A DNA stretch of 64,000 nt from Octopus sinensis (Eukaryota), in NCBI RefSeq assembly GCF_006345805.1, contig NC_043001.1, forward strand, positions 108,624,001-108,688,000, given 5' to 3'. Of the stretch, positions 13,315 to 25,769 are shown piece after piece. The translations under genes and the position numbers were made by a program. The number at the start of each line of letters is the position of its first letter. Position 1 is the first letter of the stretch. The notes under the pieces are model-generated. The model was not told the origin of the DNA. It saw only the letters and a list, made by a program, of their open reading frames with translations, and did no database searches.

Positions 13315-13640
13315 CGCGTAGCTAGAGTGTGTGCCGCTCGAGGAGCCCATCCGTTTGCTGCCCCCGAACCCCACAAAAAACACATATTGCCTACAGCCAC
13401 CAGCGTAGCTAGAGTGTGTTGCTGCCTGGAGTTGCCCTTCCGTTTGCCGCCGCCGGAACCCACAAAAAACACATATTGCCTACAGTAGGCCCCAAAGTGC
13501 CGCCTCTTTAAAAATGCCGCCTGGGGCGGCGGACCACCCCTACCGCACCCACTAGCTACGCTAGTGCCTACAGCAGACCCAAAAGTGATGCCCCTTTAAA
13601 AGTGCCGCCCGGGACGGACCGCCCCTACCGCTCACGCCCT
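13315..13640. mobile_element. GC-rich MITE (TIR AGCGTAGCTAG / CTAGCTACGCT, about 13403-13562) with flanking partial duplications
   Basis: TIR visible. The 5' part is repeated at 13315-13397 and the 3' part at 13564-13640. Confidence 0.6.
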
Positions 13641-13736
13641 ATCTCTAGTATCTCTCTCTTTCTCTTTCCTTATCTCTCTCCCCCTCTCTTTATATATCTC
13701 TCTCTCATTTCTTCTTTGTTTCTTCTCTCTCTCTTT

Positions 13737-13773
<37 letters not shown>

Positions 13774-15444
13774 ATTTCTCATCTTTATCTCTCTCCTCTA
13801 ATCTCCCTCATTTCCCATCTCTGTCTCTCTCTTCCCTTCTCTCCCTCCTCTTTCTCTCATTCTTCCCCCTCTCACTCTCTCTCTCTCTCTCTCTCACTCA
13901 AAAGCTTTCATCTATGTCTTTTTTGCTAACTCGCCCTTAGTCGAGCAAACCTACGGAAAGAAGTGACCAAGCCGTGACCATCCCCTCTTATTCTTAGGAA
14001 CAGTCCACTCAAGACCACACAATCCACTACTTACTTTATTAAGATGTCGAAGTGTGATCTAAAGTTGATTTGGCTGTTATTTCTAGCATAGCTTCCTTCT
14101 CTACCGAAAGTATACGTTTCACAAACTCACCACATTTTCAATTCTTTATTCTTTTATTCTTCCATTCTTTCATTCTTTTATTCCTTTATTCTTTTATTCT
14201 TTTACTTGCTTCTATCATTAGACTGCGGTCGTGTTGAGGCACTGAATTTTTAAATATTTCTGAATATAGATTCTTGAGGACAAGAGTCAGCTGAAATCAT
14301 ACGAAAGTACTTCATTTAGATTATAACGTTGACCTACAAGTTATGGATTAAAGGATTAACTAATCACTCATTATCTATAACATATAAAAACACAAACATC
14401 GTCAAGTGAGGCTACGAAAGAGCCTCAACATGTCTACACGACATACCAGAAATAGCAGCCAAATCCCTCTCAAATTGCTCCTTGTCGTCTTAAAGGAAGA
14501 AAGGATACATTGGATTGTCGTCCTAGGCACACCATCTTTGAATAAGAAAAGTGGATGGATGGTCACGAGTGGAACGCTTTTGACGTGAAGCTAAACAGCA
14601 ACATACGTACATGTTAACAATTCTTTTTTAGAACTGTGGATCTCGAAGCACGCATAGAGCTATAAATAATAATATGTAAATATTGAGATGAAAAACCCTT
14701 TTGAATACAGAAAGTCGAAGGCTGTTCATGGGACTCGAACCCACGTCTCCTATAGATATGCCAAACGTTCTACCACCGGTACACTCTCATGTCTACAGAT
14801 TTATGTTCAGGCTCCACGGCCACCTTCGACACTTTCTATCCATATGAGCTTTACAACCAATTTTTATATGCTATCATTTATAGCTTTATGTGTGATTCGA
14901 GATCCACTGTTCCAGAAAAAAAAAATTATTTCACGTTTTCTCGGAATTTATTAATTATTCTTATGATGTCAACAACATCCATATTAATAATTTTTATTAA
15001 ACTTATTCTATATGCTCAAAATAATTATATTCTAAATTTTACACAATCGCACACGCAAACACACATACACACACATACACTCACATACATACACACACAT
15101 ACACACACACACACTCGTATGCATGCATTTCCTCTTCTGTTTTTTACTATTTAAATTCTTCCTCTGACAAAGGAACTGGTTTTTAACAAATATACAAAGT
15201 TCCATCGTTGGAATGTAGATAAGAAAAACAATATCATATTTTAAACTTGAGAAAAGTCTTGCATATTTTTACCGTTCCACTTATAGAGTGTGCTTCTAAT
15301 GTGCGAGTTTGTTAGTTGATTTCTATTTGTATGTATGTATGTATGTATGTATGTATGTATGTATGTATGTATGTATGTATGTATGTATGTATGTGTGTAT
15401 GTGTGTGTGTGTATGTATGTATGTATGTATGTATGTATGTGTGT

Positions 15445-16030
15445 TTATTCACTTATATTTCAAGATTTCTTGCCAATAGAGAAAGAGCCGATTTCTCACC
15501 TAGATCCAAAGCTTCTTCATTGGAATTCCAACAACATCAACAGGGTATTTTTGCATGTATGTATACATACAGATTTATATGTTTTGTTCCATGTATGTCT
15601 TATCATGCATATACTTGCATAACTAGACTTGCTTATATATATTTAAATGATAAACTTCTGGGAGGTTTTACAGATTTTTAGAGTTCCAGTGATGGACTGA
15701 ATCTAGTCTTCGAATTAGCTTTCTCCTGTCTGATTTTGAGAAGCCTAATTTCTCAAGATTGGTATTTAGGTAGTGTGTTACATATCCAAGAGCTCCAGTA
15801 ATTACAGGTATAAACCTGAACTTGTAATCTGGATAGAGTAACTGCAGATTTCTCAATACTTCAGCGTAGGTATTCTCTTTTTCACTGATTTTCAGTTTTA
15901 TGTTGACATCTGCTGGGTAGCTGATTTCCACAAGTGCGCACAGTTTTTCTTCTCTATCCCAAATCATTATATCAGGCCTGTTATGCTTACATTTTACTGA
16001 AGTCTTGATAGTATTCCTTTTTATTATATT
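15445..16030 (-). mobile_element. 5'-truncated R4/Dong-like non-LTR retrotransposon (restriction-like endonuclease domain plus 3' UTR)
   Basis: KCKHNRPDIMIWDREEKLCALVEISYPADVNIKLKISEKENTY...FIPVITGALG carries a PD..D..E..K RLE motif. There is a frameshift near the C-terminus, and both ends abut CA/CATA repeats. Confidence 0.8.
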
Positions 16031-16239
16031 CTGGGAGCGAGTGTGTGTACGTTTATGAATGTGTCTGTCTGTGTGTGTACGTGCGCTTCTGTGTGTGTGT
16101 GTGTGTGGCTCTGTGTGTGTACGTATGTGTGTGTGTGTGTGCAATATATACTACACATCACCACACAACACACCACCATACCACACCAAACCACACAACA
16201 CCGCACCACATCACACCACCCCGCACACACTAGCGCTGA

Positions 16240-16620
16240 CCACTTCCCAGCCCCCACACCATCATCCACATACCTACACATGCACACACGTCAAGGTCAC
16301 CAGCCCCTATCCACACGCCCATACACGCTCTCACATACACACGTACGCGCACCTTCGTTTTGGGATCACCACTACTTTATTATTTCCCCTTCTTCCTAGC
16401 CTCCTGTCTGACCACCTCTGTCCGGCACTCGCCATGACTGATCGCTAGCCACTAAACCTTTTTTTATTATTTTCTCTCTCTGCTTATTTCTGTGTTCCTT
16501 TCTGTTGAAGAGCGTAGGTTCGAAACGTAAAAAACTTTCTCACTTTCCGTGCGTTAAACTAATGCGTCTGTTGGTTGTTTACTCACCCGTCTTCATCTTT
16601 TGGTTTTTTTTTTTTTGTAA
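16240..16620 (+). mobile_element. Penelope-like 3'/pLTR fragment with a variant hammerhead motif
   Basis: CTTT-CTGTTGA-AGAGCGTAGGTTC-GAAA-CG-TA/AAAA near 16497-16535. A second copy lies inverted at 18556-18750. Confidence 0.55.
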
Positions 16621-16623
16621 AGT

Positions 16624-16674
<51 letters not shown>

Positions 16675-16677
<3 letters not shown>

Positions 16678-17070
16678 CTCAGGAGTGGCTGTGCGGTATG
16701 TAGCTTGCTTCCCAACCATATGGTTCCGGGTTCAGTCCCACTGCGTGGCACCTTGGACGAGTGTCTTCAACTGTAGCCTCAGGCCAACCAAAGCCTTGTG
16801 ACTGAATTTGGTTGATGGAAACTGAAAGAAGCCCGTCGTGTATATATGTGCGTTTGTGTGTGTATGTTTGTGTGTGTGTGTTTGTCCTCCTCACCATCGC
16901 TTGACAACCGATGCTGTCGAGTATACTCTCCGTAGCTTAGCGGTTCGACAAAAAGAGAACGATAGAATAAGTACTAGTCTTACAGAGAATAAGTCCTGGG
17001 GTCAATTTCTTCGACTAAAGGTGGTGCTCCAGCATGGCCGCAGTCCAGTGACTGGAACAAATAAAAGAAG
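16675..17070 (+). mobile_element. tRNA-derived SINE, family B
   Basis: Full head-body-tail. Confidence 0.85.
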
Positions 17071-17079
17071 GAAACAATA

Positions 17080-17820
<741 letters not shown>

Positions 17821-18462
17821 CATGACGTGTGTAAAGGTCGTTAAAACAATTTGCTGATAAAGGGGATTGGTTTTTTCACTCGGCAAATACATGCAAAGCA
17901 ATAATATATTGTGACTGCGCAGGTGGAAGTGGTTTAGAGCTAACACTGGCGGCGTTAGTGTGCATGCGTTGGGGGTTGCTACTGCAGAAGCGATAATGAT
18001 AGTGGCGGCAGCAGCGCTGTTGGTGGTAATGGTAGTGGTGGCGGTGGTGGTAATGGTTATAGTGCATGTAAGCATATGGACTTTTAACCATTTATTCGCT
18101 TGTCTTCCAGATTAGGCCAGAGATTAACGAAGCCATTTAAACCTGAAAGACCGTTTGACTCACAGAATAGCCGGTAACAATATATTTGGTAATTAATCAG
18201 TCAGTGATCGATAATCTGCCTGGAAGATTGCATTGTTGTTTGAATGTCGGCTGGATATGAATCACTGAGTGTAGATTAGCAAAGAACGATATATAACAAG
18301 ATCGCTTCCAAATGACTAAGTATTATAAGCTTTGAGAATTTATTAAATTATACGATCTCACTTAGGAAATTTAGGAAGGTTCTTACGTCGAATGGCGTCG
18401 AAAACTTTCCAGCAAAGCACTTCATGGAATAAAACAAGTGTGTGTGTGTGTGTGTGTATGCG

Positions 18463-18493
<31 letters not shown>

Positions 18494-18506
18494 TGTGTGT
18501 GTGTGC

Positions 18507-18555
<49 letters not shown>

Positions 18556-18556
<1 letters not shown>

Positions 18557-18750
18557 TGAGAATTTACAAAAAAAAAAAACAAAAGATGAAGATGGGTGTG
18601 TAAACAACAAACAGTTGTATTACTTGAACGCTCGGGAGGTGAGAAAGTCTTTTACGTTTCGAGCCTACGCTCTTCAACAGAAAGGAACACAGAAATAAAC
18701 AAGGAGATAAAATAAAGAATGTGTAGTGGCTAGCGATCTATCATGGCGAA
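18556..18750 (-). mobile_element. Penelope-like pLTR fragment with a variant hammerhead motif
   Basis: The reverse strand reads CTTT-CTGTTGA-a GAGC gtag GCTC-GAAA-CG-TA/AAAG; homologous to 16428-16620. Confidence 0.55.
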
Positions 18751-18785
<35 letters not shown>

Positions 18786-18788
<3 letters not shown>

Positions 18789-18921
18789 CACCGCTTAATA
18801 ATCTGAATGGAGGCAATGCAAGTGGCGGAGACTAGAGGAACAGAATTAATAACCATAATAATAATTATGTTCCTCTAGTTTCCGCTTCAATTGCCTCCAT
18901 TCAGATTATTATGCGGAATAT
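18786..18921. mobile_element. Short fold-back element / MITE
   Basis: Arms of about 62 bp (CCGC.TAATAATCTGAATGGAGGCAAT...ACTAGAGGAACA.AATTA) inverted around a ~12-bp spacer, in TA-rich flanks. Confidence 0.75.
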
Positions 18922-19187
18922 AGCTCTCTTGGAGCACTACAACTCCAAACTGTAATTTACTTGCGAATTTTGTTACTCAAAATAAAGCAGTGTATTATTA
19001 TATATATAATATATAAATACTGAATAAGGGTAGAAATTGATATTAATCAATTAAAATTGATATTAATCAATTGTGTACCGTTGGCGATTTTTTTCCCTCC
19101 GTCTTCCCTTCCTTGGATCTTTCCTTGTTCCACATCCCCGCGTTGTTGTGTTTTCATGTTTGGATTAACTATATATATATATATATA

Positions 19188-19608
19188 TAACATAAGGGAC
19201 GTTAGCCATCCGAATGTGGCTAGGGACAGGGCAGGGCGGTGGGGGTGTTACTGATGCATTTAGCCCCAGGCGATCATCAACGTCACCAGAAGGGCTGACG
19301 CCATCACGGCGTCCTCTAGCCTGCAAAGGGAGATCATTCCCCGAAGAAGCGGATGCCACATACGGACCCAGGTTTCAAGGTGTTTGCCTATTGTCAACGT
19401 ATGGCAGGCACCGCCCCTCGACGAACGACTCTCTGTGCAGGCTATCTATATAAAGATTTTCACAGTAAATACATTTACTGATGTAGAAAATCTGTTCGAC
19501 AGCAATAATAATTCTCTAAACGAGGTATAGACAGTAACTGCTCCATAACATAAGGGACGTTAGCCATCCGAATGTGGCTAGGGACAGGGCAGGGCGGTGG
19601 GGGTGTTA
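19188..19608 (-). mobile_element. Hammerhead-bearing ~358-bp monomer with a 63-bp terminal direct repeat (retrozyme/PLE-like)
   Basis: 19188-19250 is identical to 19546-19608, and the element sits in (TA)n. Hammerhead-like motif at 19359-19403 (minus). Confidence 0.7.
19359..19403 (-). ncRNA. Mutated type I hammerhead motif
   Basis: CATACG-TTGACAA-t AGG caaaca CCT t-GAAA-CCTGG-GTC/CGTATG. Stem I is a perfect 6 bp; the core has 2 substitutions relative to CUGANGA. Confidence 0.55.
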
Positions 19609-19754
19609 TATATATATAAGATTAATCAGCCGAAATTACTACGATGATCCGGTTCTTGACTGAAGACTGAGGGTTTCGAATGTCCTGTCCGTGTTTATTG
19701 TATCGTCTTCTAAGAGTTATACGTTCTTGTCCATGTTGTATTTTTCTACATACC

Positions 19755-19790
<36 letters not shown>

Positions 19791-19812
19791 CACACACACA
19801 CACACACATATA

Positions 19813-20057
19813 CACGCAGGGTGTTCAAAAAGTTTCTCCGCAGTATTTTATTGCAAAATAAATATTTATAAGATGGTCTAAGACGACAAAAGAATATATT
19901 AGACGTTACAAGACTTTAAAAAACTTTATAAGAAGTGTTGAAAGTGTCAGCCTTCATTTTCAATACGCAAGTTGACTCTCCTACACTTGTTTTGAAATAC
20001 ATCCTGGGGAGTCGGAATAAAAAAAATTCACTGCGGTGAGACTTTTTGAATTATGCG
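19813..20057. mobile_element. Tc1/mariner-type MITE
   Basis: Imperfect TIRs containing TTCAAAAAGT.TC.CCGCAGT, with TA at both ends. Confidence 0.65.
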
Positions 20058-20820
20058 TATAATTATAATCAGCAAAGAAATTTGCTTCACCACATACCGA
20101 AATTTAGAAATAGCAGCCAAAACTAGCTATTTCTCTAAATTTCACTATGTGCTGAAGCAAATTTCTTTGCTGAACCCTAATTATAATTATACTCCTAATT
20201 ATAAGAATGTATATATATATATATATATACTTATAATTTACTCATAATTATAAGAATTTTTGTTTAAGTTTTATAGATAATGGTTATTTTAACATAACAA
20301 ACTACTTGGTAAAATTATTAATTATTAATAGCACTTTGGACAAAAATCTACAATAGTCCCCTCTTTTCTCCGCCAGTTTTCTAGCAGTCCACGAAAGATG
20401 AACTTAACTACCTACAGAATGGATAACAGAACGATAACTAATCATTGTATAACAACAACTCGAAGAAGTTATATTTTACATTATAACGATATAAAATAAA
20501 GGACCATTTCAACAACAACAACTAATATTTTTCTCATTTATTTTGCTACACATAAGTTGCAACATATAAGGTCTTTAAATATAAAATATGGCTGTTGACA
20601 TGTGTGTCGTTAGATTCGTTTATCAATATCGAGGATTAATATCACACCAAAGTATGCTCCGTATAACTTTCTTTTTAGTACTGTGATACACATAAGTTGT
20701 AAATAGTGTTGGCAATTTCATGTAAAGTTTCAGTTTTTCTCCATCGTTCAGTCTCTGCCTTTTTACATATCTGAACCTATGCTTAGCCTTTTAAAATTAA
20801 CTTTTACACATCTCCAATTT

Positions 20821-21436
20821 TTATTATTTCTAAATTTCACAACGTGAGATATTCAGCAACAATACTTTGTAGTAAAGATTATTTGCCAACATAACATGGC
20901 AGTCCTGGTTTAGGACTAATGCTACTGTAATTTTAGCCCCAGGAGACATCATATCCAGCTGGCTATACGACACGATCTGTGTCCTTATATTTTCGAACAA
21001 TGGAATCTAGCACCTCACACTCGGCTCAAAATAATATCTGTGTATCGCGATTTCCAGGTTATTTCCCTTCATCAGCACAGAATAATTGCTCGGCTAGAGG
21101 TGGCGCTGTCAAATTCCCGTTCGAAATATATAGTTTTCAAAGTGACAACTAATCACTGATTTATAAATTAGAAAATTACTATTTTTAAATCTCACAACGT
21201 GAGATATTCAGCAACAGTACTTTGGAGTAAAGATTGATGGAGGGAAATAACCCTGGAATTGCGATACACAGATATTGTTTTGAGCTGAGTTGGGGTGCTA
21301 GATTCCCTTGTTCGAAAATATAACGACACAGATCGTGTCGTATAGCCAGCTGGAGACGATGTCTCCTGGGGCTAAAATTGCAGTAACATTAGTCCTAAAC
21401 AAGGACTGCCATGTTATGTTGGCAAATAATCTTTAT
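20821..21436 (-). mobile_element. Hammerhead-bearing 355-bp monomer with a ~60-bp direct repeat plus an inverted partial copy
   Basis: Direct repeat 20821-20880 / 21176-21235. 20875-21072 is inverted at 21236-21436. Confidence 0.8.
21037..21081 (-). ncRNA. Type I minimal hammerhead ribozyme motif
   Basis: TCTGTG-CTGATGA-AGGGAAATAACCTG-GAAA-TCGCGA-TA/CACAGA. Perfect 6-bp stem I, intact core, palindromic stem III ATCGCGAT. Confidence 0.75.
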
Positions 21437-22714
21437 CTCCAACTTTTATTAAAAACATTTATTGCAGAATTATGTGACGCACGACAACTGCCTTGTTAAT
21501 GAATTAGATCCATTGTGATTCTCACTTTTTAAAAATTCTGTGTTTTACCAAGGAATCAGTGAAATAATATGGGCAGTTGATCCGGATGCAAGATTCTTAG
21601 GGATGTAAAATCTACGGTGTTATTTCATGGCTGTAAGGGTGACAGCTTCTTAATGATATCCACTAAGTGTTCATTGATGATAAACCCTACATCAATATTG
21701 TAGAGTTTATTAAATACTAACGTAACGGAAAGAGTAAGTTACTAAGTTCATAATAATAAATTAGTAACCTGAGGAAAATTTAATAACTCTAGAGTTTGCT
21801 TTTGGAAGAGTCGAGTCGATTATACTATACTTTATCGGCCATTTTATTTTTATCGTCCCAGGAAGGATCAAAAGTGAAGTTGATCGCTGTGACTAGAAAC
21901 TGAACTGAGATCACGTATGCTTCTCTATGGCTCACTAAAATTTTTCTAAATCTTGATTTTGATCGTCAGAGCCAGCACGTGTCAGGACACGGTGACTCGC
22001 TGGATTATCATCGAGATCTGTTGGTATTAACGACCGTAATCACTACGATAAGAAGTACTTATATAATAAACAGAACTGTAAGATGTATACGTGTGTATAC
22101 GTGTGTGTTTGTGTGCGTATGTATTTTTATATGTGTGTATGCGTTTGTTTTGTGTGTGTGTGTGCTGTTTACTGAATGATAAATAATCCCTTTATTAATT
22201 GTCAAAATATAGGTGTTTCTGCGTAAAAACACATTTACAAACACGTGGAGCCGTACGAGGTTGTTTATTGAGACGAGAGTTTATGCAGAAACGGAGAGCC
22301 TCGTATACAGGCTCAGCGGCATAGCCTGTACGTGTGTGTGTGTGTATTCGTGCGCATGTATGTATGTAATTATGTACGTATGTATGCATGTATGTATGTA
22401 TGTATGTATGTATGTATGTATGTATGTATGTATGTATGTATGTATGTGTGCATGTGTGTGTATGTATGTGTGTATGTATGTATGTATGTATGTATGTACG
22501 TATGTATGTATGTATGTATGTGTGCATGTGTGTGTATGTATGCATGTATGCATGTGTGTATGTATGCATGTGTGTATGTATGTGAGTATATACGTATGTG
22601 TATGTATGCATGTATGTATGTGTACATATGTATGTAATGTGTATGTATGTATGTATGTATGTATGTATGTATGTATGTATGTATGTGTGTATGTATGTAT
22701 GTATGTATGTATGT

Positions 22715-23145
22715 AATGTATGTCATTGTTCAGTTTTATTTCAAGAGTTCTTGCCAAAAGAGAAAGAACCGCTTTCTAACCTAGATTCAAGACTCCATCA
22801 TTGGAATTTCATCATTAACAACAGGGTATTTTTGTATGTATGTATGTATGTATGTATGTATGTATGTATGTATGTATGTATGTATGTATGTATGTATGTA
22901 TGTATGTATGTATTATGTATATATATATGTATGTATGTATGTATTTATGTATGCATGTATGCATTCTCATGCGTATTGTTGCACATCTAGACATGCTCAT
23001 ATATATTTAAATGATAAACTTCTGGAAAGTTTTACAGATTTTTACAGTTCCAGTGATGGATTGGATCTGTCGTCTTTGAATTAGCTTTCTCCTTTCTGGT
23101 TTTGAGAAACCTAATTTCTCAAGATTGGTATTTAAGCAGCATGTT
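22715..23145 (-). mobile_element. 5'-truncated R4/Dong-like element inside (CATA)n
   Basis: [46 protein letters not shown] plus a 3' UTR with internal CATA repeats; microsatellite on both sides. Confidence 0.8.
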
Positions 23146-23168
23146 ACATATGTATGTATGTATGTATG

Positions 23169-23200
<32 letters not shown>

Positions 23201-23880
23201 CATGCATGTATGTATGTATGTATGTATGCATGTATGCATGTATGTATGTATGTATGTATGTATGCATGTATGCATGTATGCATGTATGTATGTATGTATG
23301 TATGTATGGATGGATGGATGGATGGATGGATGTATGCATGTATGCATGTATGTATGTATGGATGTATGTATGTATGCATGTATGCATGTATGCATGCATG
23401 TATGTATGTATGTATGTATGCATGCATGCATGCATGTATGTATGTAGTATGTATGTATGGATGGATGGATGGATGGATGGATGGATGGATGGATGGATGG
23501 ATGGATGGATGGATTTGTCTTTGTGTTGGTGCTTGTTCTCACTGCTTGACATCGGTTTATTTCCATTTCTGAACTTAGCGGTTCAGCAAAAACACAAAAA
23601 TGGGATAAATATCAGACATATAACATATAATAGATCGATTTGATCCGCTGAACCCTTTCAGGTAATGCGCTATCATGGTGGTGTTTCGAAGACCGAAATC
23701 AGTAAAAAAAAAATTATTCCCAGGCATGGCTGCGTGGTAGGAAGTTTGCTTTTTAGCCATATTGTTTCAGGTTCACCACATGGCACTTTGGTAAAGGATC
23801 TTCTGCTGTAGTCCTTGGCTGACCAAAAGCCTTGTGGGTGGATTTGGCACATGGAAACTGAAAGAAGCCCGTCATAACTG

Positions 23881-24215
23881 CTAATAAGCCAGACCTTTTA
23901 ATTTGTTGCTTGCATACGTTTTCAGCGGTTTTTCTTATTAGAATGAAAGAAGTAGTTGAGTTTAACCCTAGGCGTTAAGAGCCGCTGATGGAGATTAAGA
24001 TGGCCTTCATCAAAATCCGAAATCGCGATCCGGCTATGTGCGCTGGGGACTTACCTCCCTTTGTCAGTCACTACGACAGTGATTTTGTGGCTTTCGAGTT
24101 ATTTTAATTCTTATCTCAAGCAAAGACGGTGTTAATCAGTACTCTGTCACTTTTGTGTCCCCTATTGATTTTGCCTTAAGGTTCTAATTGCTAATAAGCT
24201 ACCCTTTTTAATTTG

Positions 24216-24220
<5 letters not shown>
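23881..24220 (+). mobile_element. Hammerhead-like ~310-bp monomer bounded by an imperfect direct repeat
   Basis: CTAATAAGC.A...TTTTAATTTGTT at about 23881 and 24191. AGCCG-CTGATGG-AGATT...AATCC-GAAA-TCGCGA-TC/CGGCT at 23980-24035. Confidence 0.55.
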
Positions 24221-24247
<27 letters not shown>

Positions 24248-24589
24248 TCGAAAACACACATGTATATGTATGTGTGTCTTGCCTTTGTGTTAGTGTCTGT
24301 CTCCCCACCGGTGTTGGCTTGTTTACGTCCTTTTAACTAAACAGTCTGGCTAAAAAAAGACCTTTAAAATAAGTACCAGATTCTAAACAGTAAGTACTTG
24401 CTTCCGTTCATTCGACTAAACCCTTCGAAGCGGTGCTCTAGCATGGCCGTAGTCCAATGACAGAAACAAATAAAAAAGGTTTGATGGTGTCTACCAACAC
24501 ATCTGTTTTCGAATTCTCCCATGTAGATACTCTTTAACTTTTTTCAGCCATGCAGCTGCGGTCATGCTGGAGCACCACCGTGATCCTTC

Positions 24590-24960
24590 TCATTTCCTCA
24601 GTCTAGGGTGTTTCACATCACCACTCCTGCATGTGCCTCTGTCCCAGCTTTTGGCCCATTTGGTGTATAAGGGAGTTTGATTCCGCTGCCCTCGTCTGCA
24701 CCTCATGTCGGGTTGTTGGTTCATCCAGTATTGTGGAGAGGAGGATGTCTAGCTCCTTTTGAAGACACCTATTTCCACCTTATGCAGATTTCTTCATTTT
24801 TGTGGCAGGCGACTGAAGAGCTGTGGGCCTTTGGACCCTAGACTATTGCTGTACCTGGTCCTGAATTTAGATTGAGTGGATGGTACCTTTGGTACAATCC
24901 AATGGTAGCCAGTCCTGGCACATATATCAATATTGCCCAAATGATGTTAGCATCAATTTT
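24590..24960 (-). mobile_element. CR1-clade LINE C-terminal fragment
   Basis: RTRYSNSLGSKGPQLFSRLP...FKRELDILLSTILDEP...RAAESNSLIHQ, with disruptions. Confidence 0.7.
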
Positions 24961-25054
24961 AAAATCCAGCCAAAACTCCCTCCCCCACCGTGTTATCCGC
25001 CCACTACAAAAATTGAACTCAAGACACATAACAACATTCTTTTCTTTTCTACTC

Positions 25055-25255
25055 TAGGCACAAAGCCCGAAATTTGGGGGGAAGGTTCCAGTCGATTAGA
25101 TCGACCCCAGTATGCAACTGGTACTTAATTTATCGACCCAGAAAGGATGAAAGGCAAAGTCGACCTCGGTGGAATTTGAACTCAGGGCGTAAAGACAGAC
25201 GAAATACCGCTAAGCATTTCGCCCGGTGTGCTAACGATTCTGCCAGTTCACCGCC
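25055..25255 (-). mobile_element. SINE, family A-type
   Basis: Reverse complement of the family A head and body. Confidence 0.8.
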
Positions 25256-25540
25256 TAAGACACGACCACTTTACCTCAACTGGTCCAGCTCTCTTTAATA
25301 TTATACCAAAATACACGAAAACGGAAATAGGTCCCATAAAATTCAAAAGTTCTCCGGAAGAATTTCTCCAAAAATCCCTAACCAACCTCCTACACCCGGA
25401 TATGTCTCCAACAATAACAATTCTTTGCTAGAGTGGGCAAAGCGTGAATCACGATCAAAAAACTTCACCAGGTGGTGCTTTTAACTTAGACATGGCCTAG
25501 GCCTATACTGGCCGAAACCTAAGTTTTCTAAGTTATATAT
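25256..25540 (+). mobile_element. CR1-clade LINE 3' end
   Basis: RLRHDHFTSTGPALFNIIPK...FK...PD.PPTPGYVSNNNNSLLEW, then 3' UTR AGGTGGTGCT...CATGGCC...GGCCGAAACC and a short repeat tail. Confidence 0.7.
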
Positions 25541-25769
25541 CACCAGTTCTTGGAATTTGCTATTTCTTTACATCTTTGCTCACCGATCACACAAATATTT
25601 GATTCATTCTGTCGCCCTTAGAAATTTGTAATCTTAGTTGCTTAACAAAATCCTATCAAATTGTGATGAAATAGTTTTACATAGTCAAGGGAAATAACTC
25701 TTCTTTTAAACTAGGAAAAGTTGTTTTGCTTTAAACTAACGTATGCTTCGCTTCTTGTCCTCATCAACG

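Noticed and set aside
17876-18091. GC-rich stretch with acceptor- and donor-like sites
   Set aside because: Dominated by GGT/GGC/AAT trinucleotide repeats; no recognisable protein.
19640-19740. CTGAAGA...TTCGAATGTC as another hammerhead
   Set aside because: No convincing stem I or II and GAAA is incomplete; probably a decayed pLTR piece.
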